The translations under genes and the position numbers were made by a program. Below are positions 1 through 13,600 of a DNA stretch of 64,000 bases, one piece after another (the first letter of the stretch is position 1; each line of letters opens with the position of its first letter). A model generated the notes under the pieces. It ran no database searches and was not told the DNA's origin. It worked only from the letters and a program-made list of their open reading frames with translations. The stretch is from the human T2T-CHM13v2.0 reference genome, Homo sapiens. Location of the stretch: assembly GCF_009914755.1 (NCBI RefSeq), contig NC_060948.1; one strand, 5' to 3'.

Positions 1-937
1 TAGAGTGAAATGGAATCGAACCACAAGGAATGGACAGGAATAGAATGGTCTCGAATTGAATGGAATCGTATGGAATGGCATCAAACGGAATGGAATGGAC
101 AGCCACGGAATGGAATGCACTCGAATGCAATGGAGTCGAAACTTATGGACTGGAATAGAATGGACTCGACTGGTACGGACTCCAATGGAATGGAATCGAA
201 TGGAAGGGATTCGAACGGAATGGACTCGAAGGGAAAAGACTGCAATGGATAGGTCTCGAATGGAATGGAAATTAATGGAATGGAATGGAATCGAATGAAA
301 TGGAGTCAAAAGGAATGGAATCGAATGGCAAGAAATCGAATGTAATGGAATCGCAAGGAATTGATGTGAACGGAACGGAATGGAATGGAATCCAAAGGAA
401 TGGAATAGAATGGAATGGAATCGAATGGAAAGGACTCGAATGGAAATCACTCGAATGGAATGAAATTTAATAAAATAGGATCAAATGTAATTGAATGGAA
501 TGGAAAGGAATCGAAACGAAAGGAATGGAGACAGATGGAATGGAATGGAACAGAGAGCAATGGTATAGAATGGAATGGAATCATCTGGAATGGAATTGAA
601 TGGAATGGAATAATATGAAATGGAATGGAATGGAATGGAATGGAATGCCCTTGAATTAAATGGACTGGAATGGAATGGACTCGAACAGAGTGGAATGGAA
701 AGTGTTGAGATAGAATGGAATGGACTCCTTTGGAATGGTCTAGTATGCAATGCAATCGACTGGCAGGGAATCAAAAGGAATGTAATCGAATGGATTAGAC
801 TGGAATGCAATGGACTCGAATAGATTGGAAACGGAATGCAAAGGAATGGAATGGAATAGTATGGAATGGAATGGAAAGGAATGGAGTGGAATAGACTAGA
901 GTGGAATGGAATGGACTGGAAAGCAATGGACTGGAAT

Positions 938-952
938 GGAACTTTCTTGAAT
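938..952. promoter_or_regulatory. Perfect heat shock element match (HSE-1), present in most units
   Basis: gGAAc tTTCt tGAAt matches nGAAnnTTCnnGAAn. Motif match only; binding is not shown here. Confidence 0.5.
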
Positions 953-2370
953 GGACTGGAATCAAACGGAATGGAATGCAATGCAATCAAATGGCATGGA
1001 ATAAAATAGAATGAAAGAGAATCAAATGGAATTGAATCGAATGGAATCGAATGGATTGGAAAGGAATAGAATGGAATGGAATGGAATGGACTCAAATGGA
1101 ATGGACTAGAATGGAATGGATTCGAATGGAAGGCAAAGGAATGGAATCTATTGGAATGGACTGTAATGGAATGGAATGGAAGGGATTGGAATGGACTCGA
1201 ATGGAATGGACTGCAATAGAAAGGATTCGAATGGAATGAAAAAGAATTGAATGGAATAGAACAGAATGGAATCAAATCGAATGAAATGGAATGGAATAGA
1301 AAGGAATGGAATGAAATGGAATGGAAAGGATTCGAATGGAATGCAATCGAATGGAATGGAATCGAACGGAATGGAATAAAATGGAAGAAAACTGGCAAGA
1401 AATGGAATCGAAATGAATGGAGTGTTATGGAACGGACTCAAAAGGAATTGAATGTAATAGAATGGAGTGGAGTGGACTCGAATATAATGGACTGGAATGG
1501 AATGAAATCACATGGAATGGGAACGAATGGAATGGAATGGAAAGGAATGGAATCGAATGGAAAGGAATCGAATGGAAGGGAATGAAATTGAATCAACAGG
1601 AATGGAAGGGAATAGAATAGACGGTAATGGAATGGACTCGAATAGAATGGACACGAATGCTCAAATTGAATGGACTCGAATGGAATGGAAACGAAAGGAA
1701 TGTCATCGAATGGAATTGAATCGATTGGAATGAAATCGCATAGAATGGAGTGGAATCAAATGGAATTGAATCGAAAGGAAAGGAAGCGAATGGACTGAAA
1801 TGAAATGGAATGGAATTGAATGGAAAGTAATGCAATGGAATAGAATGGAACGAAATTTCACGGAATGGAATCAAACTGAATGGAATCAAATCAATGGAAT
1901 CAAATCAAATGGAATGGAAAGGAATTGAATGGAGTAGATTGGATTGGATGGGATTGGACTGAAATGTACTGGAAAGGACTCGAATTTCATGAAACGGAAT
2001 GGAATGAATTGGAACGGAATGGACTCGAATGGAATGGAATGTCATGGAATGGCATCAAATGGAATGGCATCAAATGGAATGGAATCGAATGCAATGGAAT
2101 GCTATGGAATGGAATGGAATGCATTGGAATGGAATGTCCTCTAATGGAATGGATTCGAGTGGAATGGAATCGAATATAATGGAGTCGAATGAAATGGAAT
2201 TGAAAGGAATGGGATCGAATACAATGGAATATACTGGAATGTAATGTAATGAACTCGAATGTAATTGACTGGAATGGAATGTAATCGAATGGAAAGTAAT
2301 CCAATGGAATAGAATCTAATGCAATAAAATCGACTCAGATAGAGTAGAATGTAATGGAATGGAGTGCAGT

Positions 2371-2455
2371 GCAATGGAATGGAATGGAATGGAATGCAAT
2401 GGAATGGAATGGAATGGAATGGAATGGAATGGAATGGAATGGAATGGAATGGGAT
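2371..2455 (+). repeat. Pure (GGAAT)n microsatellite core, length-variable between units
   Basis: Ten perfect GGAAT copies at 2401-2450; equivalent tracts in other units have 7, 9 or 10 copies or are interrupted. Confidence 0.85.
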
Positions 2456-3190
2456 GGAATGGTATGGAATGGATAGTAATGGACTGGAATGAAATGGACT
2501 GGAAAAGAATGGACTCAAATTGAAAGGGCTCGAAAGGAATGGAGTCAAATGGAATTGTCTGGAATGGAATGAACACGAATGTAATGCAATCCAATAGAAT
2601 GGAATCGAATGGCATGGAATATAAAGAAATGGAATCGAAGAGAATGGAAACAAATGGAATGGAATTGAATGGCATGGAATTGAATGGAATGGGAACGAAT
2701 GGAGTGAAATTGTATGCAGTAGAAGAGAATAGAATGGAATGCAAGCGAAAGGAAAGGAATGGATTGCAATGGAATGGAATTCATTGGAATGGAAGGGAAT
2801 GTAGTGTAATGGACAGGCCTGGAATAAAGTGGAATGCTACGGTCTCGAATGGAATAAAAATGTATGGAATGGAATGCAATGAAACGGAATCGAATGTCAT
2901 AGAATGTAATGGAATGCAAAAAAATGGAATCCAAAATCATTGACTGGAAAGGCTGGGTGTCGAAAGGAATTGACTGCAATGGAATGGAATCGAATGGAAT
3001 GGAAGTGAATAGAATCGAACTAAATCGAATGGAATGGAATTGATAGGAACGGAATGGAAAGGAATGCAATGATTTGGCATGGAATGGAATCGAATGGCAT
3101 CAAATGGAATGGAATGGAATGCAATGGAATGGAATGTATTAGAATGTAATGAACATTAATGGAATGTACTCGAATGGATTCGACTGGAAT

Positions 3191-3205
3191 GGAATGTTCT
3201 GGAAG
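3191..3205. promoter_or_regulatory. Perfect heat shock element match (HSE-2), present in every complete unit
   Basis: gGAAt gTTCt gGAAg; motif match only. Confidence 0.55.
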
Positions 3206-3469
3206 TGAATGGACTCCAATGGAATGGATTCGAAAGGAATGGAATCGAACGGAATGGAATCTAATGGAATGGAATTAAATGGAAATGAATCAAATTGAAT
3301 AGCACGGAATTGAATTGAATGGAATCGAATGCAATGGAATCTAATGAAACGGAAAGGAAAGAATGGAATGGAATGGAATGGGCTGGAATGGAAAGGAATC
3401 GAAACGAATGGAATGGAATCGAACTGAAGAGACTGGAATGGAATGCACTGGAATGGAAGGGAGTGTAAT

Positions 3470-3484
3470 GGAAGGTTCTCGAAA
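3470..3484. promoter_or_regulatory. Perfect heat shock element match (HSE-3), present in every complete unit
   Basis: gGAAg gTTCt cGAAa; motif match only. Confidence 0.55.
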
Positions 3485-3558
3485 AAAATGGAATCGAATG
3501 GAATGGAATTGAATGGAACGGAATAGAGTCGCATGGAATTGAATGGAGTGGAATGGAC

Positions 3559-6500
3559 TAGAGTGAAATGGAATCGAACGAAAAGGAATGGACAGGAATG
3601 GAATGGTCTCGAATTGAATGGAATCGTATGGAATGGCATCAAACGGAATGGAATGGACAGCCACGGAATGGAATGCACTCGAATGCAATGGAGTCGAAAC
3701 TAATGGACTGGAATAGAATGGACTCGACTGGTATGGACTCCAATGGAATGGAATCGAATGGAAGGGAATCGAACGGAATGGACTCGAAGGGAAAAGACTG
3801 CAATGGAAAGGTCTCGAATGGAATGGAAATTAATGGAATGGAATGGAATCGAATGAAATGGAGTCAAAAGGAATGGAATCGAATGGCAAGAAATCGAATG
3901 TAATGGAATCGCAAGGAATTGATGTGAACGGAACGGAATGGAATGGAATCCAAAGGAATGGAATAGAATGGAATGGAATCGAATGGAAAGGACTCGAATG
4001 GAAATCACTCGAATAGAATGAAATTTAATAAAATAGGATCAAATGTAATAGAATGGAATGGAAAGGAATCGAAACGGAAGGAATGGAGACAGATGGAATG
4101 GAATGGAACAGAGAGCAATGGTATAGAATGGAATGGAATCATCTGGAATGGAATTGAATGGAATGGAATAATATGAAATGGAATGGAATGGAATGGAATG
4201 GAATGGAATGCCCTTGAATTAAATGGACTGGACTCGAACAGAGTGGAATGGAAAGTGTTGAGATAGAATGGAATGGACTCCTTTGGAATGGTGTACTATG
4301 CAATGCAATCGACTGGCAGGGAATCAAAAGGAATGTAATCGAATGGATTGGACTGGAATGCAATGGACTCGAATAGATTGGAAACGGAATGCAAAGGAAT
4401 GGAATGGAATAGTATGGAATGCAATGGAAGGGAATGGAGTGGAATAGACTAGAGTGGAATGGAATGGACTGGAAAGCAATGGACTGGAATGGAACTTTCT
4501 TGGATGGACTGGAATCAAACGGAATGGAATGCAATGCAATCAAATGGCATGGAATAAAATAGAATGAAAGAGAATCAAATGGAATTGAATCGAATGGAAT
4601 CGAATGGATTGGAAAGGAATAGAATGGAATGGAATGGAATTGACTCAAATGGAATGGACTAGAATGGAATGGATTCGAATGGAAGGCAAAGGAATGGAAT
4701 CTATTGGAATGGACTGTAATGGAATGGAATGGAAGGGATTGGAATGGACTCGAATGGAATGGACTGCAATAGAAAGGATTCGAATGGAATGAAAAAGAAT
4801 TGAATGGAATAGAACAGAATGGAATCAAATCGAATGGAATGGAATGGAATAGAAAGGAATGGAATGAAATGGAATGGAAAGGATTCGAATGGAATGCAAT
4901 CGAATGGAATGGAATCGAACGGAATGGAATAAAATGGAAGAAAACTGGCAAGAAATGGAATCGAAATGAATGGAGTGTTATGGAATGGACTCAAAAGGAA
5001 TTGAATGTAATAGAATGGAGTGGAGTGGACTCGAATATAATGGACTGGAATGGAATGAAATCACATGGAATGGGAACGAATGGAATGGAATGGAAAGGAA
5101 TGGAATCGAATGGAAAGGAATCGAATGGAAGGGAATGAAATTGAATCAACAGGAATGGGAGGGAATAGAATAGACTGTAATGGAATGGACTCGAATAGAA
5201 TGGACACGAATGCTCAAATTAAATTGACTCGAATGGAATGGAAACGAAAGGAATGTCATCGAATGGAATTGAATCGATTGGAATGAAATTGCATAGAATG
5301 GAGTGGAATCAAATGGAATTGAATCGAAAGGAAAGGAAGCGAATGGACTGAAATGAAATGGAATGGAATTGAATGGAAAGTAATGCAATGGAATAGAATG
5401 GAACGAAATTTCACGGAATGGAATCAAACTGAATGGAATCAAATCAATGGAATCAAATCAAATGGAATTGAAAGGAATTGAATGGAGTAGATGGGATTGG
5501 ATGGGATTGGAATGAAATGTACTGGAAAGGACTCGAATTTCATGAAACGGAATGGAATGAATTGGAAAGGAATGGACTCGAATGGAATGGAATGTCATGG
5601 AATGGCATCAAATGGAATGGCATCAAATGGAATGGAATCGAATGCAATGGAATGCTGTGGAATGGAATGGAATGCATTGGAATGGAATGTCCTCTAATGG
5701 AATGGATTCGAGTGGAATGGAATTGAATATAATGGAGTCGAATGAAATGGAATTGAAAGGAATGGGATCGAATACAATGGAATATACTGGAATGTAACGT
5801 AATGAACTCGAATGTAATTGACTGGAATGGAATGTACATGAATGGAATGTAATCGAATGGAAAGTAGTCCAATGGAATAGAATCTAATGCAATAAAATCG
5901 ACTCAGATAGAGTAGAATGTAATGGAATGGAGTGCAGTGCAATGGAATGGAATGGAATGGAATGGAATGGAATGGAATGGGATGGAATGGTATGGAATGG
6001 ATAGTAATGGACTGGAGTGAAATGGACTGGAAAGGAATGGACTCAAATTGAAAGGTCTCGAAAGGAATGGAGTCAAATGGAATGGTCTGGAATGGAATGA
6101 ACACGAATGTAATGCAATCCAATAGAATGGAATCGAATGGCATGGAATATAAAGAAATGGAATCGAAGAGAATGGAAACAAATGGAATGAAATTGAATGG
6201 AATGGAATTGAATGGAATGTGAACGAATGGAGTGAAATTGTATGCAGTAGAAGAGAATAGAATGGAATGCAAGCGAAAGGAAAGGAATGGATTGCAATGG
6301 AATGGAATTCATTGGAATGGAAGGGAATGTAGTGTAATGGACAGGCCTGGAATAAAGTGGAATGCTACGGTCTCGAATGGAATAAAAATGTATGGAATGG
6401 AATGCAATGAAACGGAATCGAATGTCATAGAACGTAATGGAATGCAAAAAAATGGAATCCAAAATCATTGAATGGAAAGGCTGGGTGTCGAAAGGAATTG

Positions 6501-7087
6501 ACTCCAATGGAATGGAATCGAATGGAATGGAAGTGAATAGAATCGAACTAAATCGAATGGAATGGAATTGATAGGAACGGAATGGAAAGGATTGCAATGA
6601 TTTGGCATGGAATGGAATCGAATGGCATCGAATGGAATGGAATGGAATGCAATGGAATGGAATGTATTAGAATGTAATGAACTTTAATGGAATGTACTCG
6701 AATGGATTCGACTGGAATGGAATGTTCTGGAAGTGAATGGACTCCAATGGAATGGATTCAAAAGGAATGGAATCGTACGGAATGGAATCTAATGGAATGG
6801 AATTAAATGGAAATGAATCAAATTGAATAGCACGGAATTGAATTGAATGGAATGGAATGCAATGGAATCTAATGAAACGGAAAGGAAAGGAATGGAATGG
6901 AATGGAATGGGCTGGAATGGAAAGGAATCGAAACGAATGGAATGGAATCGAAGTGAAGAGACTGGAATGGTATGCACTGGAATGGAAGGGAGTGTAATGG
7001 AAGGTTCTCGAAAAAAATGGAATCGAATGGAATGCAATTGAATGGAACGGAATAGAGTCGAATGGAATTGAATGGAATGGAATGGAC
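3559..7087 (+). repeat. DYZ1 unit 2 (type B, 3529 bp)
   Basis: Anchor-to-anchor distance; HaeIII at 6344; 10 bp deletion near 4230 and a short GGAAT core. Confidence 0.9.
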
Positions 7088-10000
7088 TAGAGTGAAATGG
7101 AATCGAACCACAAGGAATGGACAGGAATAGAATGGTCTCGAATTGAATGGAATCGTATGGAATGGCATCAAACGGAATGGAATGGACAGCCACGGAATGG
7201 AATGCACTCGAATGCAATGGAGTCGAAACTAATGGACTGGAATAGAATGGACTCGACTGGTACGGACTCCAATGGAATGGAATCGAATGGAAGGGAATCG
7301 AACGTAATGGACTCGAAGGGAAAAGACTGCAATGGAAAGGTCTCGAATGGAATGGAAATTAATGGAATGGAATGGAATCGAATGAAATGGAGTCAAAAGG
7401 AATGGAATCGAATGGCAAGAAATCGAATGTAATGGAATCGCAAGGAATTGATGTGAACGGAACGGAATGGAATGGAATCCAAAGGAATGGAATAGAATGG
7501 AATGGAAACGAATGGAAAGGACTCCAATGGAAATCACTCGAATAGAATGCAATTTAATAAAATAGGATCAAATGTAATAGAATGGAATGGAAAGGAATCG
7601 AAACGGAAGGAATGGAGACAGATGGAATGGAATGGAACAGAGAGCAATGGTATAGAATGGAATGGAATCATCTGGAATGGAATTGAATGGAATGGAATGA
7701 TATGAAATGGAATGGAATGGAATGGAATGGAATGCCCTTGAATTAAATGGACTGGACTCGAACAGAGTGGAATGGAAAGTGTTGAGATAGAATGGAATGG
7801 ACTCCTTTGGAATGGTGTAGTATGCAATGCAATCGACTGGCAGGGAATCAAAAGGAATGTAATCGAATGGATTGGACTGGAATGCAATGGACTCGAATAG
7901 ATTGGAAACGGAATGCAAAGGAATGGAATGGAATAGTATGGAATGCAATGGAAGGGAATGGAGTGGAATAGACTAGAGTGGAATGGAATGGACTGGAAAG
8001 CAATGGAGTGGAATGGAACTTTCTTGGATGGACTGGAATCAAACGGAATGGAATGCAATGCAATCAAATGGCATGGAATAAAATAGAATGAAAGAGAATC
8101 AAATGGAATTGAATCGAATGGAATCGAATGGATTGGAAAGGAATAGAATGGAATGGAATGGAATTGACTCAAATGGAATGGACTAGAATGGAATGGATTC
8201 GAATGGAAGGCAAAGGAATGGAATCTATTGGAATGGACTGTAATGGAATGGAATGGAAGGGATTGGAATGGACTCGAATGGAATGGACTGCAATAGAAAG
8301 GATTCGAATGGAATGAAAAAGAATTGAATGGAATAGAACAGAATGGAATCAAATCGAATGGAATGGAATGGAATAGAAAGGAATGGAATGAAATGGAATG
8401 GAAAGGATTCGAATGGAATGCAATCGAATGGAATGGAATCGAACGGAATGGAATAAAATGGAAGAAAACTGGCAAGAAATGGAATCGAAATGAATGGAGT
8501 GTTATGGAACGGACTCAAAAGGAATTGAATGTAATAGAATGGAGTGGAGTGGACTCGAATATAATGGACTGGAATGGAATGAAATCACATGGAATGGGAA
8601 CGAATGGAATGGAATGGAAAGGAATGGAATCGAATGGAAAGGAATCGAATGGAAGGGAATGAAATTGAATCAACAGGAATGGAAGGGAATAGAATAGACT
8701 GTAATGGAATGGACTCGAATAGAATGGACACGAATGCTCAAATTAAATGGACTCGAATGGAATGGAAACGAAAGGAATGTCATCGAATGGAATTGAATCG
8801 ATTGGAATGAAATCGCATAGAATGGAGTGGAATCAAATGGAATTGAATCGAAAGGAAAGGAAGCGAATGGACTGAAATGAAATGGAATGGAATTGAATGG
8901 AAAGTAATGCAATGGAATAGAATGGAACGAAATTTCACGGAATGGAATCAAACTGAATGGAATCAAATCAATGGAATCAAATCAAATGGAATGGAAAGGA
9001 ATTGAATGGAGTAGATGGGATTGGATGGGATTGGAATGAAATGTACTGGAAAGGACTCGAATTTCATGAAACGGAATGGAATGAATTGGAACGGAATGGA
9101 CTCGAATGGAATGGAATGTCATGGAATGGCATCAAATGGAATGGCATCAAATGGAATGGAATCGAATGCAATGGAATGCTATGGAATGGAATGGAATGCA
9201 TTGGAATGGAATGTCCTCTAATGGAATGGATTCGAGTGGAATGGAATTGAATGTAATGGAGTCGAATGAAATGGAATTGAAAGGAATGGGATCGAATACA
9301 ATGGAATATACTGGAATGTAACGTAATGAACTCGAATGTAATTGACTGGAATGGAATGTACATGAATGGAATGTAATCGAATGGAAAGTAATCCAATGGA
9401 ATAGAATCTAATGCAATAAAATCGACTCAGATAGAGTAGAATGTAATGGAATGGAGTGCAGTGCAATGGAATGGAATGGAATGGAATGCAATGGAATGGA
9501 ATGGAATGGAATGGAATGGAATGGAATGGAATGGAATGGAATGGGATGGAATGGTATGGAATGGATAGTAATGGACTGGAATGAAATGGACTGGAAAAGA
9601 ATGGACTCAAATTGAAAGGGCTCGAAAGGAATGGAGTCAAATGGAATGGTCTGGAATGGAATGAACACGAATGTAATGCAATCCAATAGAATGGAATCGA
9701 ATGGCATGGAATATAAAGAAATGGAATCGAAGAGAATGGAAACAAATGGAATGGAATTGAATGGAATGGAATTGAATGGAATGGGAACGAATGGAGTGAA
9801 ATTGTATGCAGTAGAAGAGAATAGAATGGAATGCAAGCGAAAGGAAAGGAATGGATTGCAATGGAATGGAATTCATTGGAATGGAAGGGAATGTAGTGTA
9901 ATGGACAGGCCTGGAATAAAGTGGAATGCTACGGTCTCGAATGGAATAAAAATGTATGGAATGGAATGCAATGAAACGGAATCGAATGTCATAGAATGTA

Positions 10001-10651
10001 ATGGAATGCAAAAAAATGGAATCCAAAATCATTGACTGGAAAGGCTGGGTGTCGAAAGGAATTGACTCCAATGGAATGGAATCGAATGGAATGGAAGTGA
10101 ATAGAATCGAACTAAATCGAATGGAATGGAATTGATAGGAACGGAATGGAAAGGAATGCAATGATTTGGCATGGAATGGAATCGAATGGCATCGAATGGA
10201 ATGGAATGGAATGCAATGGAATGGAATGTATTAGAATGTAATGAACATTAATGGAATGTACTCGAATGGATTCGACTGGAATGGAATGTTCTGGAAGTGA
10301 ATGGACTCCAATGGAATGGATTCGAAAGGAATGGAATCGAACGGAATGGAATCTAATGGAATGGAATTAAATGGAAATGAATCAAATTGAATAGCACGGA
10401 ATTGAATTGAATGGAATGGAATGCAATGGAATCTAATGAAACGGAAAGGAAAGGAATGGAATGGAATGGAATGGGCTGGAATGGAAAGGAATCGAAACGA
10501 ATGGAATGGAATCGAACTGAAGAGACTGGAATGGAATGCACTGGAATGGAAGGGAGTGTAATGGAAGGTTCTCGAAAATAATGGAAGCAAATGGAATGGA
10601 ATTGAATGGAACGGAATAGAGTCGAATGGAATTGAATGGAATGGAATGGAC
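7088..10651 (+). repeat. DYZ1 unit 3 (type C, 3564 bp)
   Basis: Anchor-to-anchor distance; HaeIII at 9908. Confidence 0.9.
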
Positions 10652-13600
10652 TAGAGTGAAATGGAATCGAACCACAAGGAATGGACAGGAATAGAATGGT
10701 CTCGAATTGAATGGAATCGTATGGAATGGCATCAAACGGAATGGAATGGACAGCCACGGAATGGAATGCACTCGAATGCAATGGAGTCGAAACTTATGGA
10801 CTGGAATAGAATGGACTCGACTGGTACGGACTCCAATGGAATGGAATCGAATGGAAGGGATTCGAACGGAATGGACTCGAAGGGAAAAGACTGCAATGGA
10901 TAGGTCTCGAATGGAATGGAAACTAATGGAATGGAATGGAATCGAATGAAATGGAGTCAAAAGGAATGGAATCGAATGGCAAGAAATCGAATGTAATGGA
11001 ATCGCAAGGAATTGATGTGAACGGAACGGAATGGAATGGAATCCAAAGGAATGGAATAGAATGGAATGGAATCGAATGGAAAGGACTCGAATGGAAATCA
11101 CTCGAATAGAATGAAATTTAATAAAATAGGATCAAATGTAATTGAATGGAATGGAAAGGAATCGAAACGAAAGGAATGGAGACAGATGGAATGGAATGGA
11201 ACAGAGAGCAATGGTATAGAATGGAATGGAATCATCTGGAATGGAATTGAATGGAATGGAATAATATGAAATGGAATGGAATGGAATGGAATGGAATGCC
11301 CTTGAATTAAATGGACTGGAATGGAATGGACTCGAACAGAGTGGAATGGAAAGTGTTGAGATAGAATGGAATGGACTCCTTTGGAATGGTCTAGTATGCA
11401 ATGCAATCGACTGGCAGGGAATCAAAAGGAATGTAATCGAATGGATTAGACTGGAATGCAATGGACTCGAATAGATTGGAAACGGAATGCAAAGGAATGG
11501 AATGGAATAGTATGGAATGGAATGGAAAGGAATGGAGTGGAATAGACTAGAGTGGAATGGAATGGACTGGAAAGCAATGGACTGGAATGGAACTTTCTTG
11601 AATGGACTGGAATCAAACGGAATGGAATGCAATGCAATCAAATGGCATGGAATAAAATAGAATGAAAGAGAATCAAATGGAATTGAATCGAATGGAATCG
11701 AATGGATTGGAAAGGAATAGAATGGAATGGAATGGAATGGACTCAAATGGAATGGACTAGAATGGAATGGATTCGAATGGAAGGCAAAGGAATGGAATCT
11801 ATTGGAATGGACTGTAATGGAATGGAATGGAAGGGATTGGAATGGACTCGAATGGAATGGACTGCAATAGAAAGGATTCGAATGGAATGAAAAAGAATTG
11901 AATGGAATAGAACAGAATGGAATCAAATCGAATGAAATGGAATGGAATAGAAAGGAATGGAATGAAATGGAATGGAAAGGATTCGAATGGAATGCAATCG
12001 AATGGAATGGAATCGAACGGAATGGAATAAAATGGAAGAAAACTGGCAAGAAATGGAATCGAAATGAATGGAGTGTTATGGAACGGACTCAAAAGGAATT
12101 GAATGTAATAGAATGGAGTGGAGTGGACTCGAATATAATGGACTGGAATGGAATGAAATCACATGGAATGGGAACGAATGGAATGGAATGGAAAGGAATG
12201 GAATCGAATGGAAAGGAATCGAATGGAAGGGAATGAAATTGAATCAACAGGAATGGAAGGGAATAGAATAGACGGTAATGGAATGGACTCGAATAGAATG
12301 GACACGAATGCTCAAATTGAATGGACTCGAATGGAATGGAAACGAAAGGAATGTCATCGAATGGAATTGAATCGATTGGAATGAAATCGCATAGAATGGA
12401 GTGGAATCAAATGGAATTGAATCGAAAGGAAAGGAAGCGAATGGACTGAAATGAAATGGAATGGAATTGAATGGAAAGTAATGCAATGGAATAGAATGGA
12501 ACGAAATTTCACGGAATGGAATCAAACTGAATGGAATCAAATCAATGGAATCAAATCAAATGGAATGGAAAGGAATTGAATGGAGTAGATTGGATTGGAT
12601 GGGATTGGAATGAAATGTACTGGAAAGGACTCGAATTTCATGAAACGGAATGGAATGAATTGGAACGGAATGGACTCGAATGGAATGGAATGTCATGGAA
12701 TGGCATCAAATGGAATGGCATCAAATGGAATGGAATCGAATGCAATGGAATGCTATGGAATGGAATGGAATGCATTGGAATGGAATGTCCTCTAATGGAA
12801 TGGATTCGAGTGGAATGGAATCGAATATAATGGAGTCGAATGAAATGGAATTGAAAGGAATGGGATCGAATACAATGGAATATACTGGAATGTAATGTAA
12901 TGAACTCGAATGTAATTGACTGGAATGGAATGTAATCGAATGGAAAGTAATCCAATGGAATAGAATCTAATGCAATAAAATCGACTCAGATAGAGTAGAA
13001 TGTAATGGAATGGAGTGCAGTGCAATGGAATGGAATGGAATGGAATGCAATGGAATGGAATGGAATGGAATGGAATGGAATGGAATGGAATGGAATGGGA
13101 TGGAATGGTATGGAATGGATAGTAATGGACTGGAATGAAATGGACTGGAAAAGAATGGACTCAAATTGAAAGGGCTCGAAAGGAATGGAGTCAAATGGAA
13201 TTGTCTGGAATGGAATGAACACGAATGTAATGCAATCCAATAGAATGGAATCGAATGGCATGGAATATAAAGAAATGGAATCGAAGAGAATGGAAACAAA
13301 TGGAATGGAATTGAATGGCATGGAATTGAATGGAATGGGAACGAATGGAGTGAAATTGTATGCAGTAGAAGAGAATAGAATGGAATGCAAGCGAAAGGAA
13401 AGGAATGGATTGCAATGGAATGGAATTCATTGGAATGGAAGGGAATGTAGTGTAATGGACAGGCCTGGAATAAAGTGGAATGCTACGGTCTCGAATGGAA
13501 TAAAAATGTATGGAATGGAATGCAATGAAACGGAATCGAATGTCATAGAATGTAATGGAATGCAAAAAAATGGAATCCAAAATCATTGACTGGAAAGGCT

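Larger units (their letters stand above)
1..3558 (+). repeat. DYZ1 unit 1 (type A, 3558 bp)
   Basis: Phase set by the anchor TAGAGTGAAATGGAATCGAAC at position 1; next anchor at 3559. EcoRI at 2777, HaeIII at 2816. Confidence 0.9.

Noticed and set aside
468-473. AATAAA hexamers (also ~1001, ~1375, ~2323, ~2823) as polyadenylation signals
   Set aside because: They arise easily from GGAAT variants, and there is no downstream GU-rich element or transcript evidence.
481-1398. ~305 aa minus-strand ORF (FHSIP-rich) recurring in most units, and the other minus-strand ORFs up to 317 aa
   Set aside because: (ATTCC)n has no stop codons in any frame, so long ORFs are expected. The products are low-complexity, have no domain, and are broken by stops or frameshifts in several units.
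1935-1960. GGATT/GGGAT cluster as a G-quadruplex
   Set aside because: It consists mostly of GG runs and has no four G3 tracts.
1981-1995. CGAATTTCATGAAAC as a fourth heat shock element
   Set aside because: The GAA to TTC spacing is 1 nt rather than 2, so only two pentamers are in register.
10-2943. Plus-strand MEWNG-repeat ORFs (60-134 aa)
   Set aside because: They are direct translations of (GGAAT)n. They resemble the poly-WNGME peptide of the SCA31 TGGAA expansion, but nothing here indicates translation.
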